In this document: positions 45,206-55,416 of the stretch, piece by piece
Layout: every line of letters begins with the position of its first letter
Numbering within the stretch: the stretch's first letter is position 1
DNA from: Anaerolineales bacterium
GTDB lineage: Bacteria; Chloroflexota; Anaerolineae; Anaerolineales; UBA4823
Direction of reading: 5' to 3'
Assembly (NCBI GenBank): GCA_046259385.1
Contig: JBJYWI010000048.1
Span: 464 to 64,463 of the forward strand
DNA length: 64,000 nt
Notes under the pieces: model-generated
The model's input: only the letters and a program-made list of their open reading frames with translations
Database searches by the model: none
What the model was told of the DNA's origin: nothing
Program-made: the position numbers and the translations under genes

Positions 45206-47455
45206 ATGAAGCGCGAGTTCAATATCTATAAAATTCTATTGACACTAATTATCCTCCTGGGCGTGGGATGTACAAGAAGGACTGATGGTGAATTAACCAG
45301 AAACCTTGCCCCCCAGCAGGAGGCAGTCATCTCTGCTGAAGTCCAGGAGGTAAAATCCAGCGCGCAGGCTTTCCTGAATGATTGGAAGCAAGATAATCTC
45401 GCAGGCATGTACTTGCGTTTGACATCTGTCAGCAAGGATGCCATATCAGAGGATGAATTCAAAGATCATTTTAACGGCGTCTCCGCTGAAGCGGCTCTAA
45501 CCGGGATCGAATACGAGCTTAGTTCGGCGCTGGTCGATGCAGATACCGCCCAGGTTGGCTATAGAATCACGCTCAAAAGCCTGCTTGTGGGTGGAATTAC
45601 CCGCAGTACCGTAATGAACTTGAGCAAAGAAGGGGAAGAATGGCGGGTGCAATGGGATGATACGCTTGTCCTGCCAGAGCTGGAAGGCGGCAATTATTTA
45701 TACATGGATAGAGCGGGTTATACCCCCTCCCGAGCCAATATATACGATCGAAATGGGCATGCGCTGGTTGCTCAGACGGATGTAACCGCAGTGGGGCTCT
45801 ATCCTGATAAGATTACACCCGAACAGGAGAAGCAGGTACTGGAGATGGTTACCGAACTGACTGGATTGAGCATGGAATCCGTGAAACAGATGTATTCTGG
45901 ATATCCGAGCGGAGCCGGCTGGTATTTGCCCCTCGGTGAGATTTCTACGGATGCGAAGATTGACTATAACAAAATTAACAAGCTGGAAGGACTGGCGTTG
46001 AGCCCGTATAAATCACGGTTTTATTTTAACGGAGGCGTCGCGCCGCATGTGGTAGGTTACGTAAGTGCGATCCAACCCGATGAGGTTCAGGATTATCTGC
46101 GCCTTGGATACAGCCCAGATGAGCGGGTTGGTCGGAGCGGACTGGAAAAATGGGGAGAATCCTACCTTGCCGGCTCCCGCGGGGGAGCTTTGTATGTTTT
46201 CAATGAACAGGACCGACCGCTGACCAGGTTGGCGGAAGCGGTTGCAGAACCATCACAGGCAATACATACAACACTGGACAAAGAATTCCAGACAGCGGTA
46301 GAGCAGGCTGTTGGTTCGTTTACCGGGGCAGTGGTGGTTCTTGAGAGAGACAGCGGACGAGTTCTTGCACTGGTCTCTTCCCCGGATTTCGACCCTAATG
46401 CTTTCGAACCGGTTAATTTTGACAGTGATGCATTATTGCAGGAGATACTCAATAATCCAGACCAGCCGCTCCTAAACAGGGCAACCCAGGGTTTATATCC
46501 GCTGGGATCGGTTTTTAAAATTATTACTATGGCAGCCGGGCTTGAAAGCGGATTATATACTCCGGACACCACATACCAGTGCGGGTATGTGTTTGAAGAA
46601 TTAGAAGGTACCAAGCTTTACGATTGGACTTACGAGTATTTCCAACAGGACGGTCGGACTATTCCAAGCGGTTTACTTACGTTGCCAGAAGGTTTAATCC
46701 GTTCCTGCAATCCTTTTTTCTGGCATATAGGTCTGGGTTTATTCAATCAGGGTCATGAAAAAGCTGTCTCGGAAATGGCGCGTGGATTTGGTTTGGGTTC
46801 GTCGACTGGAATTGTGGGCTTGGAAGAATTAGAAGGCCAGGTGCTTGACCCTGCCAGCCAGGTGGACGCAGTCAATACCGCCATAGGTCAGGGCGAATTA
46901 TTGGTGACCCCACTGCAGGTCGCCAATTTTGTGGCTGCGGTTGGTAACGGGGGTACACTTTACAAACCTCAGGTGATTGAAAAAATCGCTCCTCCTGACA
47001 GAGATCCTGAAGTTGTTTTTAAAAAGGAGGAAATTGGAAGGCTGCCTGTCAGCGCAGAAAATTTGAAGGTAATTCAGGATGCCATGGTTGGTGTGATACG
47101 AAACGAAAAACCACGCGGCACGGCATGGCATAGTTTTACGGGTCTGGATATACCCGTGGCAGGCAAAACCGGAACAGCCCAGACCAGCTCCGGAGAACCC
47201 CATGCCTGGTTTGCGGGATATACTTACGCCGAGCAGCTTGAAAGACCTGATATTGCTATCGCAGTTGTATTGGAGAACGCAGGCGAGGGATCAGTATATG
47301 CGGCTCCAATTTTTCGCAGAATTGTGGAAATCTACTTTGGAGGCCAGCCTCAGAAATTGTACCCCTGGGAGACGGAGTTAAACATCAATTCAGATTCTGA
47401 CCAAGATTCCATAATAACCCCAGTGATTGAACCTACAGCTACACCAGAACAATAG
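45206..47455 (+). CDS. Penicillin-binding protein 2-type transpeptidase with NTF2-like N-terminal domain
   Basis: 749 aa with SxxK (GSVFKIIT), SxN (RSCNPFF) and KTG (GKTGTAQ). Lipoprotein-like N-terminus LLGVGC. Confidence 0.88.
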   Translation: MKREFNIYKILLTLIILLGVGCTRRTDGELTRNLAPQQEAVISAEVQEVKSSAQAFLNDWKQDNLAGMYLRLTSVSKDAISEDEFKDHFNGVSAEAALTGIEYELSSALVDADTAQVGYRITLKSLLVGGITRSTVMNLSKEGEEWRVQWDDTLVLPELEGGNYLYMDRAGYTPSRANIYDRNGHALVAQTDVTAVGLYPDKITPEQEKQVLEMVTELTGLSMESVKQMYSGYPSGAGWYLPLGEISTDAKIDYNKINKLEGLALSPYKSRFYFNGGVAPHVVGYVSAIQPDEVQDYLRLGYSPDERVGRSGLEKWGESYLAGSRGGALYVFNEQDRPLTRLAEAVAEPSQAIHTTLDKEFQTAVEQAVGSFTGAVVVLERDSGRVLALVSSPDFDPNAFEPVNFDSDALLQEILNNPDQPLLNRATQGLYPLGSVFKIITMAAGLESGLYTPDTTYQCGYVFEELEGTKLYDWTYEYFQQDGRTIPSGLLTLPEGLIRSCNPFFWHIGLGLFNQGHEKAVSEMARGFGLGSSTGIVGLEELEGQVLDPASQVDAVNTAIGQGELLVTPLQVANFVAAVGNGGTLYKPQVIEKIAPPDRDPEVVFKKEEIGRLPVSAENLKVIQDAMVGVIRNEKPRGTAWHSFTGLDIPVAGKTGTAQTSSGEPHAWFAGYTYAEQLERPDIAIAVVLENAGEGSVYAAPIFRRIVEIYFGGQPQKLYPWETELNINSDSDQDSIITPVIEPTATPEQ

Positions 47456-47464
47456 TCAGGAAGA

Positions 47465-48367
47465 ATGCAGGGAGTTATCACAAAGACGCAGTCCGGTTTT
47501 TACACTGTTGAAGCTGAAAGCGGTATTTATGTTTGCCAGTTGCGTGGAAAATTAAAACGGGGCAAACCAATGGGCGATATCGCCGCGGTAGGTGACCAGG
47601 TGGATATCTCCGTTATCAATAAAGAGACTGGGGTTATTGAAGAGGTACAACCGCGCCGTTCATCTTTCATAAGGCTTGCCCCAACCCCAAAAGGAGAATA
47701 TCAGCAGGTTATCATCTCTAACCTGGATCTGGCAGTTTTTGTTTTCTCATGCGCAAAACCTGCTCCACGCCTCAGTATGCTGGATCGGTTTCTTGTGATT
47801 GCGGAAAAGAACCAGGTTTCATGTTTGATCTTAGCAAATAAGATTGATCTTGTTTCAAAAAAGGAGGCAGGTTCATATTTCCAGAGGTATAAAAAGATAG
47901 GGTACAAATTGCTTTATACCTCTGCGAAAACCGGAGTTGGGATCAAAAAGTTAAAAAAGATGTTGCAGGGAAAAATTTCATTATTTACCGGACCTTCGGG
48001 AGGCGGTAAATCCAGTTTGCTGAATAAAGTACAGCCGGGCTTAGGACTGCAGGTTAAAAGCGTAAGCCGCGCTACAGAAAAGGGCAGACACACCACTGTG
48101 GCAAGGGAGATGTATTCTTTAGACGGCGGCGGTTATATTGCCGATACCCCCGGGCTGAAAGCGCTCAGTATGTTCGATGTTGAACCAGAGGAGCTCGATG
48201 GTTATTTTCCGGAAATGCGAAACCTTGTCGAAAATTGCGCCTTTAGCGATTGCACGCATTACCATGAACCTGATTGTGCGATCCAGGATGCTGTTGATGC
48301 AGGAATGATCCATCCTGAGCGCTACATATCTTATCTCAAGATGCGTTTTGAGGAAGAGATTGAATAG
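47465..48367 (+). CDS. rsgA: Ribosome small-subunit-dependent GTPase A
   Basis: 300 aa with NKIDL, GPSGGGKSSLLN and Zn-finger CAFSDCTHYHEPDC. Confidence 0.92.
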   Translation: MQGVITKTQSGFYTVEAESGIYVCQLRGKLKRGKPMGDIAAVGDQVDISVINKETGVIEEVQPRRSSFIRLAPTPKGEYQQVIISNLDLAVFVFSCAKPAPRLSMLDRFLVIAEKNQVSCLILANKIDLVSKKEAGSYFQRYKKIGYKLLYTSAKTGVGIKKLKKMLQGKISLFTGPSGGGKSSLLNKVQPGLGLQVKSVSRATEKGRHTTVAREMYSLDGGGYIADTPGLKALSMFDVEPEELDGYFPEMRNLVENCAFSDCTHYHEPDCAIQDAVDAGMIHPERYISYLKMRFEEEIE

Positions 48368-48510
48368 GCTTGTAAGTCTCCAGCAAGTTTGGAATTTCAA
48401 CGATTTAATTCAACTCTGGTAAAATTATAAGAAGTCAGACATTAGTGGTTGTGAATTAGCACCACTGTTCGGTCTTTCACTCGCCGTCCGTTGTTATTTC
48501 TGGAAAGAGA

Positions 48511-49104
48511 ATGTCCAAAATTGAAGATCGTGAAATAGTAAAACAGCTTCAGGAAGGTAGTCTGGAAGCCCTTGGTGTGCTTTATAACAGGCACCGCAAC
48601 CTGGTTTACCGGACAGCGCTTGCGATTACCGGAGATGTTGATACAGCAAGCGACTTGCTGCAGGATGTATTTTTGAGGCTCTACCGTTTTGCGGATCGAA
48701 TCGACCGCTCCCGGCCTCTGGAACCCTGGCTTTACAGGATGACAACCAATCTAGCCTACACCTGGGTAAAAAGAAACAAACGCTGGCTGCATTCGCTTGA
48801 TGATCTCGCTGAGTGGCTGGTAGGGACTAGCAAAAACACTTTGCTAGAAACTGTGGAACATAACGATGATTGGGACCAGGTGCAGAATGCTGTCACCAAA
48901 CTGCCATTCCCGCAGCGTGTGGTGGTTGTACTGTATTACCTGAATGACCTGCCTCTGCAGGAGATTGCCGATATCCTTGAAGTTCCAGTTGGAACCGTGA
49001 AATCGCGACTGTATTATGGTCGTTTAGCATTAAAGAAAAGTCTCGGAATTGGCTTGTTCGGAGCAAGCGATACCCACCCCAAATTGAATTATAAAGGCAC
49101 TTGA
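48511..49104 (+). CDS. ECF-subfamily RNA polymerase sigma factor
   Basis: 197 aa. Region 2 DLLQDVFLRLY. Region 4 HTH LPLQEIADILEVPVGTVKSRLYYGR. Confidence 0.9.
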   Translation: MSKIEDREIVKQLQEGSLEALGVLYNRHRNLVYRTALAITGDVDTASDLLQDVFLRLYRFADRIDRSRPLEPWLYRMTTNLAYTWVKRNKRWLHSLDDLAEWLVGTSKNTLLETVEHNDDWDQVQNAVTKLPFPQRVVVVLYYLNDLPLQEIADILEVPVGTVKSRLYYGRLALKKSLGIGLFGASDTHPKLNYKGT

Positions 49105-49394
49105 CCGGTGGATTGATGAACGAAGAATTTGACAAATATATTTCTGTAAGTTTAAAGAATTGGACTGCCCGTCAGAAGCTTCCGCCAGCTGGGCACATGA
49201 GATTAATTAAAAAGGTTGAATCACCCCAGCCATATAGAGCAAGTTTGCCCTGGAGGATCTGGTTTCTTTTCAAACAGTATTTGCTGGTATCTGAAAATCT
49301 TTTATACATGTACGATGAATGGGTATGGGAACCTCTTCCACAATCCAAAACATGGTATGCACATATCGCCTCCTCATGGAGGTTGTCCCATTAA
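49101..49394 (+). CDS. Hypothetical protein overlapping the sigma-factor stop (possible cognate anti-sigma or partner)
   Basis: 97 aa. The first ATG is at 49116. No zf-HC2 cysteines or obvious TM helix. Position is the only support. Confidence 0.35.
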   Translation: MTGGLMNEEFDKYISVSLKNWTARQKLPPAGHMRLIKKVESPQPYRASLPWRIWFLFKQYLLVSENLLYMYDEWVWEPLPQSKTWYAHIASSWRLSH

Positions 49395-49711
49395 ATTATG
49401 GAAAATAGTTAACCCACCCAAATAGAATTTTTGAACCTGTTGAACCTCTAGGGGGTAAATTAAGTGTATATGGGAATCTGGCTGTATATAAAAGCATGTC
49501 AATTTATTTGTTTTAAGGTTGTTAAGGTATTTCCCGGGTTCTTTCATTTTTGCACTTACACCCAGATTAAGAGGAAAGATAATCCGTTTCAAGAAATCAT
49601 GAATGTAAAGTCTGTGAGAAGATATAATTATCAATTCTGTCAGCAAATAAAGGCTAAATATTAACGAGTTCTTCTAGAAAATCGTGGCGTATTAGTAAAG
49701 GTGTTGTGAGG

Positions 49712-49739
49712 TTGACCACGGCATGAAATATGGTAATAT
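49712..49739 (+). promoter_or_regulatory. Sigma-70-type promoter candidate for the peptide ABC operon
   Basis: TTGACC-16 nt-TGgTAATAT (extended -10), about 175 nt upstream of ATG 49916. Confidence 0.35.
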
Positions 49740-49915
49740 TTATTTTATTCCCAGATGAAAGTTAAGATTGCTCAAATGGTGAAATGTCTGAATTCCAGCT
49801 TTGTTTAAAGAACGGTTCTGTTTATATTTAAGGAGGTGAAATCTCAATAAATAGGATATATAAATGAAAGAATTGTAGCTTTACCTAATCTATTTTTCTA
49901 TTTGGAGGAGAAAAC

Positions 49916-52099
49916 ATGAAACAAAAAGCTTTGATTTTCTTTAGTATGCTGATGGTACTCAGCATGATCCTGGCAGCCTGCGCTCCGGCGCAGCCCCAGG
50001 AAGTGGTGAAGACTGTGGTTGTCACCGAAGTTGTTGAGAAAGAAGGTGAGACAATCGTAGAAGAAAAAGTCATCACTGCCACTCCGTCTGAGGAAGAAAT
50101 GGCGGAAGAAGAGATGGCAGCCCCGGCTGGCCCGATCCCAGCAGATGAGATGATCCCCTGCCTGCCCATTCCAGAAGTCGCTGGAATAAATATGGAACAG
50201 GTCAGTTTCAGTGTTCCGGAAATTGCAGCAGATGCCCCTCAACCCCTTGAAGCGCCGCAGGCTCAGCTGAACCAGGGCGGAAACGTTTACCGGGTTGGCG
50301 TGTTCGAAGATGTAACCACTACCAACTTCTGGGCTGCCAATGGTCCGGATAACACGGTCTGGAATAGCTATATGCTGCCCAAGCCGCCTTCACTGTATAC
50401 TCTAACCGATAAATATTTCACTTTTGTGCCTTCCCTTGCTGCAGTAGCAACTCCAGATCCGCTGGCTGAAGAGGGCGAATTCTGGGTGACCACGGTTCCC
50501 CTTAAAGAGGGTCTGGTTTGGAGCGATGGCGAACCCATCACAGCTGAAGATGTCGCCTTCACAGCTAATGCAGTTCTTGGTCTGGGCTTGATTTCCGGCA
50601 ACTTCCAGCAATGGTACGATCCCAACTACCTGGATCGAATGGAAGCCGTAGATGATCTAACAGTAAAGATCTTCTATCACACCAAACCCGGTCTGGCACG
50701 CCATGAGTGGGGTTCGTTGCAGGCTCCAGTTGTCGCTGAGCATTACTGGGCACCAGTTGTCGAAGAAGCAATGGCTCCGGTCATGGCTCTGGGCGACAGC
50801 CCCAGCGACGAGGACCTTGCAGCTGCCCAGGCGGAAGCCCACGATATCCTTTTCTCGCACCAGGTTGAAGGCGAACCCACAGCATGGGCGTTCACGCTTG
50901 ACAGGTGGGAGCAGGGTGCTTTCATCGAAGGTTCAGCTTTCGCTGACTATATGAACACTGGCTTACAGGTTCAGCAGTGGGCGAATGGCGCCTATAGCGA
51001 CAGCGAAGGCGTTACGGTTGGCGAACCGGAAGGTGATGTGGAAACTGAATACACCGTTGGTCCTAACGTTGATTCGATTGTATACACTTACTATGGCTCT
51101 CAAGATGCTGCTATCCTGGCGATGAAGAATGGCGAGGTCGACTATGTGATCAACCCGCTCGGTCTGCAGCGCGGTCTGGCGGAACAGATGAAGACCGACC
51201 CGAACCTGACAGTTCTGGAGAACAGCGTCAATGGCTTCCGCTATATGAGCTTCAACAACCGCCGCCGCCCGATGAACGACTGCGCTTTCCGTCAGGCAGT
51301 CGCGGTTTTAATCGACAAGGAATTCGTGACCGGCACGATCCTGCAGGGTGTCGCATTCCCACTGTACACATTCGTGCCTGAGGCGAACACAGCCTGGTAC
51401 TTCGACGATGTGCCCAAGCTGGGTCAGGGTATGACTCGCGAACAGCGCACCAATCTAGCTGTAGCGATTCTAGAGCAGGCTGGCTATACCTGGGAAGGCG
51501 ATGTGAAGCCGACCTGGGACCCGGATAACCGCCAGGTGACTCAGGCTGGTCATCTGCTTATGCCCGATGGAGTACCGGTACCTGAACTTAACATCCCGGC
51601 TCCAAGCCCCGGTTACGATCCGCTGCGCTCGACCTTTGCTATCTGGATCGAGACATGGTTGAATGAGTTCGGAATTCCCGCAACAGCTCAACTGGCTGGT
51701 TTCAACGTGATCGTCCCGATCATCTTCACCGAGCAGGACTTCGACATGTACCTGCTGGGCTGGAGCTTGAGCCTCTTCCCGGACTTTCTGCGTGACTTCT
51801 TTTCGGAAGAACAGGCAGTCGAAGATGGCAACAATGCTGGCGGTTACATCAACCAGGAATTCGAAGAAATGTCGGAAGGAATTCTGACCTGCGAGACCTT
51901 CGAGGCCTGTAAGGAATTTTCGGACCAGATTCAGCTGATGCTGGCAACCGAGGTGCCCTACGTTTTGCTCTTTGACACGGGTATTATCGAGGGTTACAGG
52001 TCAGCATCCGTAGAATATCCTTTCACAGAAGCCCTCAGCGGTCTGCAGTATTTCCACCAGTACGGTGGAGAGTTGCAAGCAACTGTTAAGGTTAAATAA
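49916..52099 (+). CDS. ABC transporter substrate-binding lipoprotein, family 5 (peptide/nickel, OppA/DppA-like)
   Basis: GGAGGAG SD. Lipobox LAAC. V/E/T-rich linker. 727 aa with family-5 SBP pattern. Heads a BCDF-type operon. Confidence 0.88.
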   Translation: MKQKALIFFSMLMVLSMILAACAPAQPQEVVKTVVVTEVVEKEGETIVEEKVITATPSEEEMAEEEMAAPAGPIPADEMIPCLPIPEVAGINMEQVSFSVPEIAADAPQPLEAPQAQLNQGGNVYRVGVFEDVTTTNFWAANGPDNTVWNSYMLPKPPSLYTLTDKYFTFVPSLAAVATPDPLAEEGEFWVTTVPLKEGLVWSDGEPITAEDVAFTANAVLGLGLISGNFQQWYDPNYLDRMEAVDDLTVKIFYHTKPGLARHEWGSLQAPVVAEHYWAPVVEEAMAPVMALGDSPSDEDLAAAQAEAHDILFSHQVEGEPTAWAFTLDRWEQGAFIEGSAFADYMNTGLQVQQWANGAYSDSEGVTVGEPEGDVETEYTVGPNVDSIVYTYYGSQDAAILAMKNGEVDYVINPLGLQRGLAEQMKTDPNLTVLENSVNGFRYMSFNNRRRPMNDCAFRQAVAVLIDKEFVTGTILQGVAFPLYTFVPEANTAWYFDDVPKLGQGMTREQRTNLAVAILEQAGYTWEGDVKPTWDPDNRQVTQAGHLLMPDGVPVPELNIPAPSPGYDPLRSTFAIWIETWLNEFGIPATAQLAGFNVIVPIIFTEQDFDMYLLGWSLSLFPDFLRDFFSEEQAVEDGNNAGGYINQEFEEMSEGILTCETFEACKEFSDQIQLMLATEVPYVLLFDTGIIEGYRSASVEYPFTEALSGLQYFHQYGGELQATVKVK

Positions 52100-52137
52100 T
52101 TCTCTGGCAGCCTATAGGCTGAAAGTGATTTAATGAT

Positions 52138-52167
52138 GAGAGGGCAAGAGAAAAATCTTGCCCTCTC
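52138..52167 (+). terminator. Strong hairpin after the SBP gene (attenuator/terminator candidate)
   Basis: GAGAGGGCAAGA-gaaaaa-TCTTGCCCTCTC, a perfect 12-bp stem. Only a weak T-tract follows. Confidence 0.5.
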
Positions 52168-52291
52168 TATCCTAAATCTACTTTTTCTAATTTGCTAAAC
52201 TAGAAATTCAGAAAAAAGATTTTTGTGAAATGAATCCCTGGTTGATTTCCTACATTTGTTATATTAATCCAAACGGGGACGGAGGTTCTTC

Positions 52292-53443
52292 ATGCGTCAT
52301 TACCTATTAGTGAGAATTGCTCAAAACATCTTCACATTTATCCTGTTTTTGACAATCGTTTTTATTTTGATCGATGCCCAACCGGGAGATTATGGCAACC
52401 AGTTCCTGAATGACCCCCGTTTGACTCCAGCGCAGCGTCAGACGATACGCTCTCAAATGGGATTGGACGCCCCAGTTTATGAACGATATATAACCTGGAT
52501 AACAAATGCAGTAAAAGGAGATTTCGGTATATCTTTTTCAAATTACCCTCGTCCGGTGCTGGATGTCATCGCAGAGCGGGCTCCCCGCACAATAATTCTA
52601 TTCTTGAGCGCAATTATTTTATCTTATTACATCGGTTTTGTTTCTGGAAAACTGCTTGCCTGGCGAAGGGGAGGTTGGGGCGAGTATGCTGCCACGGTCG
52701 GAGGTGTCTCCCTGTACACAGTTTTCCTGCCCTGGTTTGCTTTAATGATGGTCTGGTTTTGGGCATACAAACTGGGTTGGTTTCCTATCGGGAAATTTAT
52801 TGATCCGGTTTTATGGCGCGAATCGCCTGTTGAAGCCAATTATGTGTTCAACCGGATTTTACTTTCACTCGGGATTGCATCTGTTATTCTGGTTTTGTGG
52901 TTGATTTATGCCAGCCGTTTAAATCCGAGAAACCGGCTTCCGGCCCGACTGGGCGGTATTGGTGTTATTCTGCTTGGATTAACCCTGTATTGGATCTCCT
53001 CCAGTGTCGGAAAATTTGCGTTTGATATCCTGCACCATCTTATCCTTCCTATTTGCACACTTGCAATTGTAAATTTCGCCGGCACAATGCTGTTGACCCG
53101 CAACAGCATGCTTGAGACTTTAAGGGAGGATTATATTATGGCAGCCAGGGCAAAAGGGCTTCCAGATAAAACCATCCGCGACAAGCATGCCTCCCGCAAT
53201 GCGATCCTGCCGGTTGTAACTGCTTTTGTGCTGGCTGTGGCGTTCATCCTGGATGGCGGCGTGATCACTGAAACGATTTTTTCATGGCCCGGTATGGGTT
53301 TGACCCTGTTAAACGCAGCCCTGGTTGAGGATATCCCGATGGTAATTGGCGCTCTGGTTTTCACCGGATTTATGGCTCTCACGGCTCACCTAATTGCTGA
53401 CGTCCTGTACGCGGTCCTGGACCCCCGAATTCGATATTCATGA
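52292..53443 (+). CDS. ABC transporter permease (OppB/DppB-like)
   Basis: 383 aa, GGAGG SD, six TM. Typical ending DPRIRYS. Confidence 0.88.
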   Translation: MRHYLLVRIAQNIFTFILFLTIVFILIDAQPGDYGNQFLNDPRLTPAQRQTIRSQMGLDAPVYERYITWITNAVKGDFGISFSNYPRPVLDVIAERAPRTIILFLSAIILSYYIGFVSGKLLAWRRGGWGEYAATVGGVSLYTVFLPWFALMMVWFWAYKLGWFPIGKFIDPVLWRESPVEANYVFNRILLSLGIASVILVLWLIYASRLNPRNRLPARLGGIGVILLGLTLYWISSSVGKFAFDILHHLILPICTLAIVNFAGTMLLTRNSMLETLREDYIMAARAKGLPDKTIRDKHASRNAILPVVTAFVLAVAFILDGGVITETIFSWPGMGLTLLNAALVEDIPMVIGALVFTGFMALTAHLIADVLYAVLDPRIRYS

Positions 53444-53470
53444 TTTATTAGATGGGTATAGAGGTGTTTA

Positions 53471-54433
53471 ATGTCTGAATTGGCCCAATCTTCCCCACCA
53501 CCAGTAACTTTGTTGGAAACCCCTTTATGGCAGGTGCGCCTGCGGTTAATGTTGAGGGGAATCCGCACCAACCTGGCGCTGTTTGCTGAGAATCCAATTG
53601 GATTGGTTGGTGTAGCAATTATCCTGTTTTTTCTTTCATTCATTGTGATTCACCCGATTTTAATAGAAACTGTCTGGGATCCGAATGTCTACGATCCAGT
53701 TATTGGATATGATATATCCATTGTTGCCCATCCAGCGCCCCCATCTGCCAGGCACATACTGGGTACAGATCCATTGGGTAGGGACGTGCTCAGCCAGTTG
53801 ATGTGGAGTACCCGCTCGGAGTTTATTTTAGGACTTGTTGCAGCTCTGGTGACTGTGATAATCGCGACATCGATAGGAGCAATCGCGGCGTATTATGGCG
53901 GCGCAATTGACTCTGTATTTATGCGTCTTGCAGATATTGTGATTATGATGCCGTATATCACAATCCTTATTGTAATGGCGGCTCTTTTTGATTTGACCCT
54001 TCCTGTACTCGCGCTGGTACTCGGGATTCTGGGTGGCTTTGGCGGCGCGACAATCATCATTAAATCGCAAGCTCTTACTATAAAAGTTCGTACATATATT
54101 GAAGCAGCCCGCGTGGCAGGAGGCGGCAACGCCCATATTATCATCCGCCATATCGTACCCAACCTGCTGCCGCTTTCATTCCTGTATATGATGTTCGCTG
54201 TAAACAGCGCAATTGCTTCCGAGGCGGTTCTGTCATTTTTTGGATTGCTCAACATCCGCATGTCATGGGGCTTGATGATCTACACTGCCTCCTATTCCGG
54301 ATATCTGCTCGATTTTTCCAAGTGGTGGCTGATTTTCCCGGCAAGCATTGCGATCAGTTCCCTATGTGCAGCGTTTTATCTGGTCGGCCGGGCTTTGGAT
54401 GAAATTGTGAACCCGCGCTTGCGTAAACGATAA
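53471..54433 (+). CDS. ABC transporter permease (OppC/DppC-like)
   Basis: 320 aa, GAGGTG SD. HILGTDPLGRDVLS motif. Ending NPRLRKR. Confidence 0.88.
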   Translation: MSELAQSSPPPVTLLETPLWQVRLRLMLRGIRTNLALFAENPIGLVGVAIILFFLSFIVIHPILIETVWDPNVYDPVIGYDISIVAHPAPPSARHILGTDPLGRDVLSQLMWSTRSEFILGLVAALVTVIIATSIGAIAAYYGGAIDSVFMRLADIVIMMPYITILIVMAALFDLTLPVLALVLGILGGFGGATIIIKSQALTIKVRTYIEAARVAGGGNAHIIIRHIVPNLLPLSFLYMMFAVNSAIASEAVLSFFGLLNIRMSWGLMIYTASYSGYLLDFSKWWLIFPASIAISSLCAAFYLVGRALDEIVNPRLRKR

Positions 54434-54444
54434 GGAGCAAAAAA

Positions 54445-55416
54445 GTGACCGACACTGTCTTAAATGTCAAGGATCTCACAATGCATTACACTACCCGTGC
54501 CGGGGAAGTGTCGGCTGTCAACGATGTCTCTTTCTCACTGGAAAAGGGACAGTCGATGGGATTGGTGGGGGAATCTGGATGCGGTAAAACATCCATCGCA
54601 ATATCATTGTTAAAACTGCTTCCCGATAATGCTGAGATAAAAAGCGGCAGTATTTACCTGAATAGCACTGATGTAGTTCCACTTAAAGAGGAAGAAATGC
54701 GCAGACTGCGCTGGAGTAAGATTTCCATGGTGTTCCAGGCGGCTATGAACGCATTAAATCCAGTTTATAAAGTCGGAGACCAGATCATTGAAGCTATGGA
54801 GGAACACGGGCGAGTTGAAACTAACCAGCAAGCTCGGGAACAAGTCGCAGATTTATTTAAGCTAGTCGGCTTGGAACCTCAGTTAATGGACCAGTATCCT
54901 CATGAATACAGCGGTGGGATGAGGCAGCGGGCGATTATTGCCATGGCTTTGTCCTGTTCTCCTGATATTATTATCGCTGATGAACCGACCACTGCGCTGG
55001 ATGTGATTGTTCAGGACTCATTGTTGCGCGAGATGATTGAATTGCAGAAAAAACTCGATATGAGCATGATTTATATCTCGCACGACATTGCTGTGATTGC
55101 TGAAGTCACTGAACGCATCGGGGTGATGTACGCCGGCCGATTGGCGGAATTCGGCACTGCAGAGGAAATCTTCAAGCATCCTCTGCACCCCTATACATTT
55201 GGATTGATGTCAGCGTTTCCAAGTATTGTTGGACCTAAGCGTGAATTAACCACACTGCCGGGCGAGCCGCCCGATTTGATTTCCCCGCCAACAGGCTGCC
55301 GTTTTCACCCACGCTGCCCTTATGCAAATGAGATATGTTCACAGGAAGTCCCCGAGTTTACGGATATGGGGGGAAACCATTATGTATCCTGCTGGCATCC
55401 ACTGGAGAGCAACTGA
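54445..55416 (+). CDS. Oligopeptide/dipeptide ABC ATP-binding protein (OppD/DppD-like)
   Basis: GTG start with AAGGAG SD. GESGCGKTS, YSGGMRQRAIIAMAL, IIADEPTTALD. C-terminal Cys-rich oligopeptide domain. Confidence 0.9.
   Translation: MTDTVLNVKDLTMHYTTRAGEVSAVNDVSFSLEKGQSMGLVGESGCGKTSIAISLLKLLPDNAEIKSGSIYLNSTDVVPLKEEEMRRLRWSKISMVFQAAMNALNPVYKVGDQIIEAMEEHGRVETNQQAREQVADLFKLVGLEPQLMDQYPHEYSGGMRQRAIIAMALSCSPDIIIADEPTTALDVIVQDSLLREMIELQKKLDMSMIYISHDIAVIAEVTERIGVMYAGRLAEFGTAEEIFKHPLHPYTFGLMSAFPSIVGPKRELTTLPGEPPDLISPPTGCRFHPRCPYANEICSQEVPEFTDMGGNHYVSCWHPLESN

Noticed and set aside
48451-48475. Possible ECF-type autoregulated promoter (GTGAAT ... GGTCT) upstream of the sigma-factor gene.
   Set aside because: Spacing and both elements are only loose matches to the GGAAC-N16/17-CGTC type consensus. 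This cannot be distinguished from chance by eye.
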